Positions 9,828-19,165 of a stretch of 64,000 nucleotides of DNA are shown piece by piece. Positions within the stretch are counted from its first letter, which is position 1; each line of letters begins with the position of its first letter. The notes under the pieces are model-generated. The model was not told where the DNA came from. It saw only the letters and a list, made by a program, of their open reading frames with translations, and did no database searches. Position numbers and translations under genes: made by a program. Location: positions 77,438 through 141,437 of the forward strand of contig JBOEGD010000020.1 in the NCBI GenBank assembly GCA_050633245.1. The letters are read 5' to 3'. The stretch is from Calditrichia bacterium. Its GTDB lineage: Bacteria; Calditrichota; Calditrichia; RBG-13-44-9; J075.

Positions 9828-10796
9828 ATGAAAAAGATTGTCGTTTATAGAATTTGCATCGTTTTACTGACCGTTTGTCTTGTCGGGTGTGGAGGGCAAG
9901 AACCCTCCGTGCGAACCATCGAGCTGCCGAAAAAAGATTTGATTCCAGAGGGGACCGCATTTAACGAAACAACAAATTCAATCTACGTTGGATCTATTTA
10001 TCGGCAAAAAATAATTGAGATTACCATCGACGGTGAGGTGCGGGATTTGCTCGGACAAGACTTGTTCGGAGAGCTGAGTCCGGTGGGCATAGAATTTGAT
10101 GACTCGAATCATACTCTCTGGATAAATATGGCCTTGTCCCCGGTTGTAAATCAAACATTAGCCGAGGAATGGAAAACCGGGCTAATGGCCTATGATATAA
10201 AAAAGAAAGTTAGCTGGCACTATTTGTTGGAAGATAGTCTGCCCAGTTTCTTTAATGATTTGACCGTTTTGCCGAACGGAGACGTTATTATTACGGAAAC
10301 GGCCAATGCTCGCCTGTTTCGCTTCGATGCGACTATTCAAAAATTACAGCTGTACGCTAATCTGGAAGAAACTAATTTCCCGAACGGTATTACCTATCAT
10401 GAGCCGAGTAGGAATCTGTTTGTTTCGACGAATCAGGGTATTGTTAAAATTGATATGGTTTCCAAAGAGCAGACTTTATTAAACGTCGCCGATGGAATTA
10501 ATGCCACAGTCATCGATGGACTATCACTGCACGAGAATTATTTTATTGGCCACCAAAGCAGTAAGATTACGAGGTTTTATGTTGATAAAAGCTTTACAAC
10601 ACTCACCGAAAGCGATGTATTTGATAGCGGCCCCGAGTTTGATTCCAGCACGACCGGCGAAGTTGGAGACGGCTTCTATCACTATATTGTTAACTCGCAA
10701 ATTCGCAGCGGCGTAGAAAATAAACGCATTAAACCGCTGGATAGTCTGGAAACAATTCTTATCAGAAGCAAGCTGCTCGCATCTGATAAGAAATAA
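9828..10796 (+). CDS. Beta-propeller lipoprotein (SMP-30/gluconolactonase-like)
   Basis: Lipobox LVGC; PEG, FNDL, PNGI and DGL blade motifs. Confidence 0.75.
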   Translation: MKKIVVYRICIVLLTVCLVGCGGQEPSVRTIELPKKDLIPEGTAFNETTNSIYVGSIYRQKIIEITIDGEVRDLLGQDLFGELSPVGIEFDDSNHTLWINMALSPVVNQTLAEEWKTGLMAYDIKKKVSWHYLLEDSLPSFFNDLTVLPNGDVIITETANARLFRFDATIQKLQLYANLEETNFPNGITYHEPSRNLFVSTNQGIVKIDMVSKEQTLLNVADGINATVIDGLSLHENYFIGHQSSKITRFYVDKSFTTLTESDVFDSGPEFDSSTTGEVGDGFYHYIVNSQIRSGVENKRIKPLDSLETILIRSKLLASDKK

Positions 10797-10810
10797 ACAG
10801 AGGTGCTGTC

Positions 10811-11185
10811 ATGAACCATGATGCTATTATCAATCAGCTGTTTGAGGCCTTTAAAGATATTCGGTATGTTAGTATTTATCAAAACAAGCAGCTTACCTAT
10901 ACGCAGAGAGAGGCAGAGTTGGAAGGTGCTTCCTCGGGTGATACGGATCGGTTTGAAGAATTATTGGTGAATCCAACCTTGCTAAAGCTGGCTGGGCAGA
11001 GAGGAGATATCGACTGTGGTGGTCTCGATTATATGATTATTTCATACGGCAATTTTTTTCAGCTGGTAAAATCTATCGAAGGTGGCCATCTTTCGATAGC
11101 ACTTGAAAAAGGTGCGGATATAAGCAGTCTACCCGGGAATATTCTGAGTTATGTCGCTTCCAACTTCAAGACATTGCGCTTTTAA
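10811..11185 (+). CDS. Hypothetical protein (possible roadblock/profilin-like fold)
   Basis: GAGG RBS, operonic spacing; fold guess only. Confidence 0.75.
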   Translation: MNHDAIINQLFEAFKDIRYVSIYQNKQLTYTQREAELEGASSGDTDRFEELLVNPTLLKLAGQRGDIDCGGLDYMIISYGNFFQLVKSIEGGHLSIALEKGADISSLPGNILSYVASNFKTLRF

Positions 11186-11186
11186 A

Positions 11187-12119
11187 ATGACGCGTTTTGA
11201 AAAGGTCTTTCTTGAATCGAAGCTGATTCTAACCGAAGGTGCTTTGGTTGAGCGATTAAAATCTGAGTTTAATCTGGAAATGAATCAACATCTGAATCAT
11301 GCCGGATTGATTTATGATAACCCTGAGCCACTTGAGATACTTTATCGTCAATACATCGATATTGCGGTGCAGCATTCCCTTCCAATTATGATAATGACGC
11401 CGACGAGACGAGTGAATAGTGAGTCGCTTGCGCGATCGGTGCATAGAATCAAAAATGTTCTTTCAGACTCAGCAGATTTTTTACATGACATCCGCGCCAG
11501 CTATTCAAACCACTCGCAAAACATCATGAATGGTGGACTATTGGGTTGTAAGGGTGACGCCTACAGCGGCGAGAAGATATTAGATGCAAATGCTGCATAC
11601 GATTTTCACAGGATGCAGACAAAACAGTTTGAGAGCACAAAGGTTGATTTTCTATTTGCCGGAATTATGCCGGAAATAAATGAAGCACTGGGAATGGCGC
11701 GAGCTATGGCTGAAACGAACATCCCATTTATTATCAGCTTCATGCTGCACAAGAATGGTTGTCTGCTGGATGGCACCTTGCTGGCAGACGCTATAAAAAC
11801 TATTGATGAGCAGATAGCGCCGAAACCAATTTGTTATATGACCAACTGTATTCATCCCACCAATTTGAAGCAGGCTTTTTTCAATGAGAAAAATCATACT
11901 CGGACGGAACTCAAGCGCTTTAGTGGTGTCCAGGCGAACGCATCCATTTTGAGCCCGGAAGAACTGAATAATTGCTCGGTTCTCCATCAGGATGATTTTG
12001 ATAACCTTGTCGATGAAATGCGCGTGCTAAAAGAGCAGTTTGGCCTAAAAATCATCGGCGGTTGTTGTGGAACTGATGAGCAGTTAATCGCGGACCTCGC
12101 CAATAAGCTAAAAACGTAG
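11187..12119 (+). CDS. Homocysteine S-methyltransferase family protein
   Basis: LTEGALVERL, TNCIHP and GGCCGT zinc ligands. Confidence 0.9.
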   Translation: MTRFEKVFLESKLILTEGALVERLKSEFNLEMNQHLNHAGLIYDNPEPLEILYRQYIDIAVQHSLPIMIMTPTRRVNSESLARSVHRIKNVLSDSADFLHDIRASYSNHSQNIMNGGLLGCKGDAYSGEKILDANAAYDFHRMQTKQFESTKVDFLFAGIMPEINEALGMARAMAETNIPFIISFMLHKNGCLLDGTLLADAIKTIDEQIAPKPICYMTNCIHPTNLKQAFFNEKNHTRTELKRFSGVQANASILSPEELNNCSVLHQDDFDNLVDEMRVLKEQFGLKIIGGCCGTDEQLIADLANKLKT

Positions 12120-12255
12120 TCTAAAATGATACACTGAGTAACACATCTGATTTTTTAAATTCCAACTATTTTGAAGTTTTTTTGTCATTACTGTGATTCT
12201 TACGAAGGCTCTGCGAATAATAGAGAGAAAGTAAAATTACAAAGAGAGATGACAT

Positions 12256-13251
12256 ATGTTTAAATTACGTAAAATGCTACTGATTAGCTTGTTTGCCGGT
12301 TTAGTCTATTTATTTTTAGCATTCAGTCTTGTTTATTTATCTGAACCCTCCTTCGAAGAGCCTTTACAAATGAGCCCGGAAGAGCTGCAGTCGACAGGCT
12401 TAAATTTCGAACAGAATTACTCTTATACGACGAGGCAGTTCTCTACCCGAGATGGCATTAAGCTGTCTGCAAATTGTTTCGAAGTCGATTCTGATATTAC
12501 AATTCTTTTAGTTCACGGGATTTTAGCTACCAGCTTTCAGTTGAATACGACGAGCGGTTTGTTGCGAGAGGCTGCAAATGCAAATGTTATAGCATTGAAT
12601 TTACGCGGCCACGGTCAATCGGAAGGAGCGCCTGGTAATCTCGATTATGTTGATCAATATGTTGACGATATAAACGATGTTGTGGAGATTATCAGAAATC
12701 GCGACCCGCGGCAGAAAGTTATTTTGGCAGGGCATTCGATGGGAGGCGGGATCGCAATGCGGTATGTGTTAAAGGCGGGCGTAACAGATGTGGACGGCTA
12801 TCTGTTATATGCCCCCGCACTTGGTTGGGAAGCTCCTACTACTCGCAAAGAAGGCTCTTCTGATAGTGAAGAGTTTGCGAAATTGCACCTTGCAAGGTTT
12901 ATCGGGCTTACTTTACTAAATTCTGTCGGAATTACATTCTTGTCTGATAAGGACGTGCTGTTTTTTAACTTACCGGAAGGCTCTCCGTTAAGAACTTACT
13001 CGTATACAAGTTTGGTTAGCATGTCTCCGGAAGACGCGGCAAAAGCGTTTCAGGCTGTGGATAAGCCGTTGCTGGTGATCGTCGGTGAAAATGATGAGAT
13101 GTTTTATGCTGATCGTTTCGAGCCACTTGTCCGACAAAATAGCGATGGCTTGGTTCACGTAATTAAGGAAGCCAATCATAATTCGATTCATTATGACGTT
13201 CGGTCTTTAGCAGTTGTGAACAGTTGGTTATCTGAAAAAAGCAGCGAATAG
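12256..13251 (+). CDS. Alpha/beta hydrolase (lysophospholipase-like) with N-terminal anchor
   Basis: LLVHG, LRGHGQS, GHSMGG nucleophile elbow. Confidence 0.9.
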   Translation: MFKLRKMLLISLFAGLVYLFLAFSLVYLSEPSFEEPLQMSPEELQSTGLNFEQNYSYTTRQFSTRDGIKLSANCFEVDSDITILLVHGILATSFQLNTTSGLLREAANANVIALNLRGHGQSEGAPGNLDYVDQYVDDINDVVEIIRNRDPRQKVILAGHSMGGGIAMRYVLKAGVTDVDGYLLYAPALGWEAPTTRKEGSSDSEEFAKLHLARFIGLTLLNSVGITFLSDKDVLFFNLPEGSPLRTYSYTSLVSMSPEDAAKAFQAVDKPLLVIVGENDEMFYADRFEPLVRQNSDGLVHVIKEANHNSIHYDVRSLAVVNSWLSEKSSE

Positions 13252-13261
13252 CGATATTCCA

Positions 13262-13762
13262 ATGAAAAAAAGTAAAGAGGAATTCCTTGGTATTCTGGAA
13301 GCTAACCGAGGAATTATTTTCAAAATCTGCAATAGTTACTGTTCAGATTCGGAGGATCGCAAAGATCTTGTACAAGATGTTATTGTTCAGCTTTGGAGAA
13401 GCTTTGACAAGTATGATGAGCAGTATAAGATTACAACGTGGATGTACCGAATTGCCTTGAATGTGGCAATTTCTTCAAGTCGTAAATCCGCAACGCGCAA
13501 CAAATATGCAACACAAATAGATCATGAATTTGTTTTTATCTCTGATTACGACGATTCCGATCAATCCGAAGATCTTATCTTGCTTCGGGGGTTTATTAAT
13601 CAGCTTGATGACATGAATAAAGCACTTATGGTGCTGTACCTGGATGGGAATAGTTATGATGAGATGGCATCTATACTCAACATTTCCTCCAGTAGCGTTG
13701 GTACAAAGCTGGCAAGAATTAAACAACAATTACGACAACAATTTGAGAACCTGGAAGATTAA
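13262..13762 (+). CDS. ECF sigma factor
   Basis: DLVQDVIVQLW and TWMYRIALN (region 2); SYDEMASILNIS (region 4). Confidence 0.93.
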   Translation: MKKSKEEFLGILEANRGIIFKICNSYCSDSEDRKDLVQDVIVQLWRSFDKYDEQYKITTWMYRIALNVAISSSRKSATRNKYATQIDHEFVFISDYDDSDQSEDLILLRGFINQLDDMNKALMVLYLDGNSYDEMASILNISSSSVGTKLARIKQQLRQQFENLED

Positions 13763-14421
13763 TGGACTTGGATAACTTAAAACAGGCGTGGCAAAAGCAG
13801 GAAAAACAGCTCCAGAATAGCTGGAAGCTAAACCTGGAATTATTGCGGACAATTAATCTGGATAAGGCGAAGTCGAGGATGGATAGCCTTACTCGGATTA
13901 CAGCGATAACACTTGTTTTCTACCTTGGCAGTGCGTTGTTGTTTGCTTTCTTCGCGGTTCAAAATATAGGCAAGATGCAGTTTGTTCTCTCTGGTGGGTT
14001 GCTAGCCTTTTGGGCAAGTCTTATTGCAAGTGGTTCGATGCGACAGCTTGGTCTAATCGCCCAAATAGACTATTCAGAGCCAATTCCGGTATTACAAAAA
14101 AAGCTTGAGACGTTAAAACTTGTTATCTTGAGGTACCTGCGACTAGGCGTATGGATTTTACCATTTTATATGGCGTTTGTTGTTATTGGATTTAAGGTAT
14201 TGCTCGGAATCGATATAATTGCGTTCGGTGATACAAAATGGTTGATCGTTCAGGCTATGTTAAGTATTGCCTTTATACCATTAACAATTTGGCTTTATAA
14301 AAAGCTGAGTCCGGAAAACATAAATAAGGAGTGGGTGAATACGCTCCTAAAAGGTGCGGGTAGCCAAATATCCGACGCGCTGGAGTGTATCAAAAAAATT
14401 GAGCAATTTGAGGAAAATTAG
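13762..14421 (+). CDS. Membrane protein, probable anti-sigma factor
   Basis: TAATG overlap with sigma gene; MDLDNLKQAWQ N-terminus; four hydrophobic segments. Confidence 0.8.
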   Translation: MDLDNLKQAWQKQEKQLQNSWKLNLELLRTINLDKAKSRMDSLTRITAITLVFYLGSALLFAFFAVQNIGKMQFVLSGGLLAFWASLIASGSMRQLGLIAQIDYSEPIPVLQKKLETLKLVILRYLRLGVWILPFYMAFVVIGFKVLLGIDIIAFGDTKWLIVQAMLSIAFIPLTIWLYKKLSPENINKEWVNTLLKGAGSQISDALECIKKIEQFEEN

Positions 14422-14479
14422 TTTTCCTCATTTCCTCATGTAATCATTTAATCTTCTTTATCCCTTTTATCCATGTTGC

Positions 14480-14507
14480 AAAATGCCGCTACCTTTCGGC
14501 AGCGGCA
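14480..14507 (-). terminator. Intrinsic terminator of an unannotated minus-strand transcript
   Basis: TGCCGCTGCC-GAAA-GGTAGCGGCA-TTTT; the G.U pair and GNRA loop form only on the minus strand. Confidence 0.75.
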
Positions 14508-14569
14508 CTCGCATGTTCCCGATGTTTACCAGAGGAGTGGTATTTTATGGGTCTCCCAACTAATTCCAT

Positions 14570-14640
14570 AGACCTTATGGCGTCTTTAAACCGCTGAAAT
14601 AAAACTGATGAGGATCTTATGGCATCCTCAGACCGCTGAG
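14570..14640. repeat. Two hairpins with identical 8-nt loop, 42-nt period
   Basis: AGAC-CTTATGGC-GTCT (14570-14585) and TGAGGAT-CTTATGGC-ATCCTCA (14609-14630), each followed 8 nt after the loop by ACCGCTGA. Confidence 0.75.
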
Positions 14641-14714
14641 AGCTGTGTTGCAAAGAGCACTCCAATGGCGGAGATGATAAACAACATCAGCTTGATTTTT
14701 TGCTTCTCACTCAT
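14628..14714 (-). CDS. Putative 28-aa hydrophobic small protein MSEKQKIKLMLFIISAIGVLFATQLSAV
   Basis: GGGAGAG RBS, TGaTATAAT extended -10 at 14771-14779, downstream terminator. Confidence 0.55.
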   Translation of the reverse strand: MSEKQKIKLMLFIISAIGVLFATQLSAV

Positions 14715-15008
14715 AACGTCTCTCCCAACTCCGGAAGATTCATGTCAATGCTTCTTCATCGTTTGCCTTAATTATATCAAATGGCTTGCCAATTCCAGTT
14801 CGCTTGCTTTCAAGTGTTTGTTTTGAAAAGGTTTGCCTTGTTTTTGTGTTGTACCAAATAGTAAGTAATTGTTAACAAAGTTATCAGTTAGCTGTTAAGC
14901 TAATAAGCAAAATGGGCGACGATAGAGACATCTGTCTGGTAGAATGTGTCTTGACTCTGCCGGCTTTTTCAGCGAAATTAAGCTGCTTATTGCTTTAAAG
15001 GAGAAAAG

Positions 15009-15656
15009 ATGGAGCGTTTTCGCGCATTTATCCGAACCTCATTGTTGGGTGGTATTGTCGTTGTGTTACCGGCGGTGCTCTTGCTAATTATTTTCAATTG
15101 GTTGTTTGATATTGTTACCGATATGATTCAACCCTTTACCAATCTGGTTCGAGCTAATTATGAAGTACCGGAGTTCTTTGCTGATGTAATGGTAATGGGA
15201 ATTATTCTGGCCAGCTGCTTCCTGATTGGAGTCACCGTTAAGACCAAGGTGGGTAACTTTATTCATCAGTCGCTAGAGAACAAGATTCTACGAATTGCTC
15301 CCGGTTATACCATGATCAAAGAGACCGTTATGCATCTGTTTGGCGGAAAGCAATCGCCATTCTCGTCCGTTGCTCTGGTAAAAATCTTTGATAACGACAC
15401 CTTAATGACCGCATTCGTTACTGATCGCACTGAGGCCAGCGTTACAGTTTTTGTGCCCACGGGTCCCAATCCGACCTCCGGTCTTATTTATCATCTAAAG
15501 CCGGATAATGTTTATCCGGTAGATGTACCGGTTGAACTGGCTATGCGCAGCATTATCAGCTGTGGTGCCGGATCGCATGAGATGGTAGAGAAGCTGGATG
15601 CCGAGGCGGTATATCCAGTGAACGGTGAACAGGCAACGGTGAACGGTGAACGGTGA
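15009..15656 (+). CDS. DUF502 membrane protein
   Basis: Two TM segments, VFVPTGPNPTSG motif, AAGGAG RBS. Confidence 0.88.
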   Translation: MERFRAFIRTSLLGGIVVVLPAVLLLIIFNWLFDIVTDMIQPFTNLVRANYEVPEFFADVMVMGIILASCFLIGVTVKTKVGNFIHQSLENKILRIAPGYTMIKETVMHLFGGKQSPFSSVALVKIFDNDTLMTAFVTDRTEASVTVFVPTGPNPTSGLIYHLKPDNVYPVDVPVELAMRSIISCGAGSHEMVEKLDAEAVYPVNGEQATVNGER

Positions 15657-15698
15657 ACGGTGAACAGGCAACGGACGATACACCGCTCACCGCTTGCC
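15618..15698. repeat. Heptamer array (GTGAACG/GGCAACG)x8 with degenerate inverted remnant
   Basis: Units at 15618-15673; ACCGCTCACCGCTTGCC at 15682-15698. Confidence 0.9.
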
Positions 15699-15742
15699 TT
15701 TTTAATCTATTCCTGCTATCTTCCCCAAAAAGGTGACGCATC

Positions 15743-17485
15743 TTGTCCGAAAAGCCCGGCTTCTCAATCCGCGCGGCGATTATCGCTGTTTTTCTCTCCA
15801 TATTTTTATTAGCAAGCTCAACATATATCGCAATTCAGCTGGGTGCGCTTCCCTGGCCGATAATTTTTTCAGTCATTGTTTCTGGCGGACTGCTAAAGGC
15901 TTTTCAGCGTAAAGGCGGAGTAGATGTAAATGAGATAAATGTGGCGCAGGCTGGAAGTAGTATCGGTGGGCTCGTCGCAGCAGGACTTGCATTTACAATT
16001 CCCGGAATATTGTATCTGAATCAGGAAAAGGGCATGGATATTCCCTGGCCCAATCCATGGTTACTTGCTTTGCTAACGGCAGCTGCAGGCGTGTTGGGCA
16101 TTTTACTCTCCATGCCGTTGAAGCGCACATTTATCGATGAAGAAGAGTTACCCTATCCCGCCGGAACTGCGGGCGCCGAGTTATTGCGTCTGGGAAAAAC
16201 AGGGGGGAGTCGGTTGTCGTTAATCGTTTGCGTTGGTGCAGCTGCGGCAATCTTTGCTCTGCTGCGCGGCAACTATTTTGCTGCCGGATTTACCTTTACT
16301 TCACTTGCTGCAATTGGAATCTATCTCACGCTGGTGCCGTTGCCACTGGCGATTGGAAGTGGATACATCCTTGGTCCACGTGCCGGGCTATCCTGGTTTG
16401 CCGGGGCGATTATCGGCTGGATCTTACTAATGCCCTACCTTACCAGTATTGAAATGCCTTTTGAGAATGCGCGCGCGCTTACCCAAAACCTGGGAATGGG
16501 AATTGTTCTCGGTTCCGGAATCGGTTTTTTTGCCGGATACGTGGTGCCGCGATTCAAAACGATTTTTAGCAATATCTTCGATTCGCGTAGCGGATTTATG
16601 AGGCTGCTACCACTCATCCTGATAATATCCTTGGGAAGCCTTTGGTTATTGGGAGTACCGTGGGTCGCCTCCATTTTAACTGTTGCCGGTGTATGGATCA
16701 TGGTTGCGGTTGCTGCAAGAATGACAGGTGAAACAAATATTAACCCGCTCGAGCAGTTCGGTATCTTTATTGGACTGGTCATCGCGCTGCTGTATCAGCT
16801 TGGGAACAGCGAGATTGGTGTTTATGCCTCGTTCATGATTGTCACATTTGTAAGCGTTGCCTGTGCTATTGCCGGGGATGCCGGACATGACTATAAATCT
16901 GCCAAGATTATTGGTACGCGCTTTAAAGATATTATTAAGGTGGATTTGATTGCTGTTTTAGCGGCGTCGATTGCAGCACCATTTATTTTTGAAACCATCC
17001 GGTTGGGATCAGCAGATCTTTTGTTTACACCTGCTCTTCCGGCACCTCAAGCTCAACTTGTTGCCAGCAGCATTTTCGGATTTGAATACCCAATTGCATT
17101 TATGATCGGATTCTTCATTGCATTTATCGCCGAGATAATAAATATATTTTTGCCTGAAAACCTGCGTGGTAAAGTCATGGTTATGCCAGCGGGAATTGGT
17201 TTGTTTCTAGGTCTGGGTTTGGCAATCCCGATTGCGCTTGGAGCACTCATCCGCATGTACATCGATAACCATCATGCAAAGCATTACCTTGCCGGATTGC
17301 TAATCGCCGCTGGTATTATGGGCGGAGAAGGCATTGCGGGTTTTGGTAATGGCGCACTAACTGTTTTGCTCTCGCGACTAAACATTCCGGCTGACTATGG
17401 CCTTTGGGGACTGATGACGGTGTTTATTGTAACGATGTTGTTGGGTTTGGTGCTGTATCGCCGTACGGCAATGATGGATGATTGA
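15743..17485 (+). CDS. OPT/YSL-family oligopeptide transporter
   Basis: NVAQAGSS, FTIPG, LPYPAGTAGAE, GETNINP, LPAPQA, GIMGGEG. Confidence 0.9.
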   Translation: MSEKPGFSIRAAIIAVFLSIFLLASSTYIAIQLGALPWPIIFSVIVSGGLLKAFQRKGGVDVNEINVAQAGSSIGGLVAAGLAFTIPGILYLNQEKGMDIPWPNPWLLALLTAAAGVLGILLSMPLKRTFIDEEELPYPAGTAGAELLRLGKTGGSRLSLIVCVGAAAAIFALLRGNYFAAGFTFTSLAAIGIYLTLVPLPLAIGSGYILGPRAGLSWFAGAIIGWILLMPYLTSIEMPFENARALTQNLGMGIVLGSGIGFFAGYVVPRFKTIFSNIFDSRSGFMRLLPLILIISLGSLWLLGVPWVASILTVAGVWIMVAVAARMTGETNINPLEQFGIFIGLVIALLYQLGNSEIGVYASFMIVTFVSVACAIAGDAGHDYKSAKIIGTRFKDIIKVDLIAVLAASIAAPFIFETIRLGSADLLFTPALPAPQAQLVASSIFGFEYPIAFMIGFFIAFIAEIINIFLPENLRGKVMVMPAGIGLFLGLGLAIPIALGALIRMYIDNHHAKHYLAGLLIAAGIMGGEGIAGFGNGALTVLLSRLNIPADYGLWGLMTVFIVTMLLGLVLYRRTAMMDD

Positions 17486-17622
17486 TGAATAAAATACACT
17501 CATAAATCATCCATCATAATTCATCAATTGAATCTCTTGTTATCGCTTATTCCCTTTCCTAAATTGATGATCCTTAAAACGAATTCCGTGTCTGTAGTTA
17601 ATAAGATTAAATCTGTGGTTGC

Positions 17623-18846
17623 TTGAATATGTCCTCCTCTATCGATGCCTCAAGAGTCGTACCGCGATCACAGATGTTGCTTATTGGTGCCGGAATTCTA
17701 CTGACGATGCTTCCGGTTACGTTAATTGTAACCGTCCTCAAGGAACTCATCAGCCTGCGCTTTTCCGTAAGTCTGTTCTGGGCTCACGCCTTTATGTCTA
17801 CCAGTCTTTTTGGTGCCATTTTATTTGCCCCATTTGCCGGCATGATTGTCGATTATATGCCCAGCCGACGTTCGGTAATCATAGTTGCCCTTGTTTTAAA
17901 TGCAGTCTGCTTTTTTATCATGTGGCAAACGACATCCTTTGAAGTTATGCTGACGGCACGTTTTGTTGAAGGTGCCGCGCATATTACGGCGCTTACCGCC
18001 TGGATGGCGTCCGGAGCCTCGCTTGGAGATTCATCTAGATCCGGTAGGATTATGGGTGCGCTGGGCGGACTGTTGATTCTGGGCATTACGATAGGTGTAC
18101 CGCTCGGCGGGATTATCGCAAAATCTGAGCCGTCGAATGTACTTTGGAGTGCAGGAGTTATTTCGCTTGTTGCAGCGTTTGTTGCAATTGGCGTAAGCAG
18201 CCAGAAAAGCAATTCTGAGCCTACAGCATTTCGCGATTATCTTAAAATGTTGCAGCAGACGCCTTGGTTGCTATTACCCTATGCCTACACGTTCATCGAT
18301 CGCCTGTGTATTGGAATTGTTATCTCGTCGGTAACGCTTTACATGAGCGAAGTGCTAAATATGGATCCGGCAACCCGTGGGATTGAGCTTTTTTACTTTT
18401 TGCTGCCGTTTGCGTTGCTGTCCTATCCGGCTGGACGCTTGTCCGACCGAATTGGCCGGATTTGGCAGATGGCTATTGGGACGATTCTGTTCGGCACTGT
18501 CTATATGATGTATGGATTTGCGGAAGGTGCAGTTTTCAGCCTTCTTATGGTTGTTAGCGGTATTCTCTGCGCATTGATGTTTGCTCCGAATTTGGCAATG
18601 TGCAGAGATTTATCTTCTGAAGAGCAAAAGGGCAGTGCATTTGCCGGTTATAATGTGGCTGGCTCGCTCGGCTTTGCAGTTGGGCCCTTATTGGGGGGAA
18701 CTATTTATGCCTGGTTGATTTCTTCAAATGACCAGATTTCTGCTTTTCAACAGACGTTTATTATTGCCGGTTCATTCGAAGTGCTTTGTGCGCTGATTTC
18801 GCTGCCATTCTTAATAAAGCTCTATCGTTCCGGATTGGCGCGATAG
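17623..18846 (+). CDS. MFS transporter
   Basis: About 12 TM segments; GRLSDRIGR motif A. Confidence 0.92.
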   Translation: MNMSSSIDASRVVPRSQMLLIGAGILLTMLPVTLIVTVLKELISLRFSVSLFWAHAFMSTSLFGAILFAPFAGMIVDYMPSRRSVIIVALVLNAVCFFIMWQTTSFEVMLTARFVEGAAHITALTAWMASGASLGDSSRSGRIMGALGGLLILGITIGVPLGGIIAKSEPSNVLWSAGVISLVAAFVAIGVSSQKSNSEPTAFRDYLKMLQQTPWLLLPYAYTFIDRLCIGIVISSVTLYMSEVLNMDPATRGIELFYFLLPFALLSYPAGRLSDRIGRIWQMAIGTILFGTVYMMYGFAEGAVFSLLMVVSGILCALMFAPNLAMCRDLSSEEQKGSAFAGYNVAGSLGFAVGPLLGGTIYAWLISSNDQISAFQQTFIIAGSFEVLCALISLPFLIKLYRSGLAR

Positions 18847-19148
18847 TTTCTCACTTCACGAAGAAGTAATGCAATTATCACGATATCTATTCCAATAATA
18901 ATGATGTTTGCCAACAGCGGTGCCGGTGAGTTGTTGATGTTGACAGTCGCTCCTATGGCGCCGATTAGTGGAAAGAGCACTGCCGGATAAAGAACTCGTT
19001 TGTCCGACTTCAATAAATAGATTCCCAGAATAAGATAAATGCCGCCAAATGTAATAATGGGAATTGTCGTTGCGTTAATCCCGCCATATATGATGGAGGC
19101 AAAGTGAAATACAGCGGAAAACACGAGTAGCTTACCGGCAAAACTCAT
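18822..19148 (-). CDS. Small 4-TM membrane protein
   Basis: Hydrophobic 108-aa ORF just downstream of 19166-20062. Confidence 0.7.
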   Translation of the reverse strand: MSFAGKLLVFSAVFHFASIIYGGINATTIPIITFGGIYLILGIYLLKSDKRVLYPAVLFPLIGAIGATVNINNSPAPLLANIIIIGIDIVIIALLLREVRNYRANPER

Positions 19149-19165
19149 ACTGGAAAAGTCCCTGT

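Noticed and set aside
14586-14630. Selenocysteine read-through of the small ORF TGA
   Set aside because: The TGA lies within the stem and the loop is too close for a typical bacterial SECIS; read-through adds only a short peptide before TAA.
14570-14640. Mini-CRISPR array
   Set aside because: Only two degenerate units at 42-nt period, no spacer-sized unique sequence, no cas genes.
14608-14826. 72-aa plus-strand ORF
   Set aside because: No RBS; antisense to the better-supported minus-strand small ORF.
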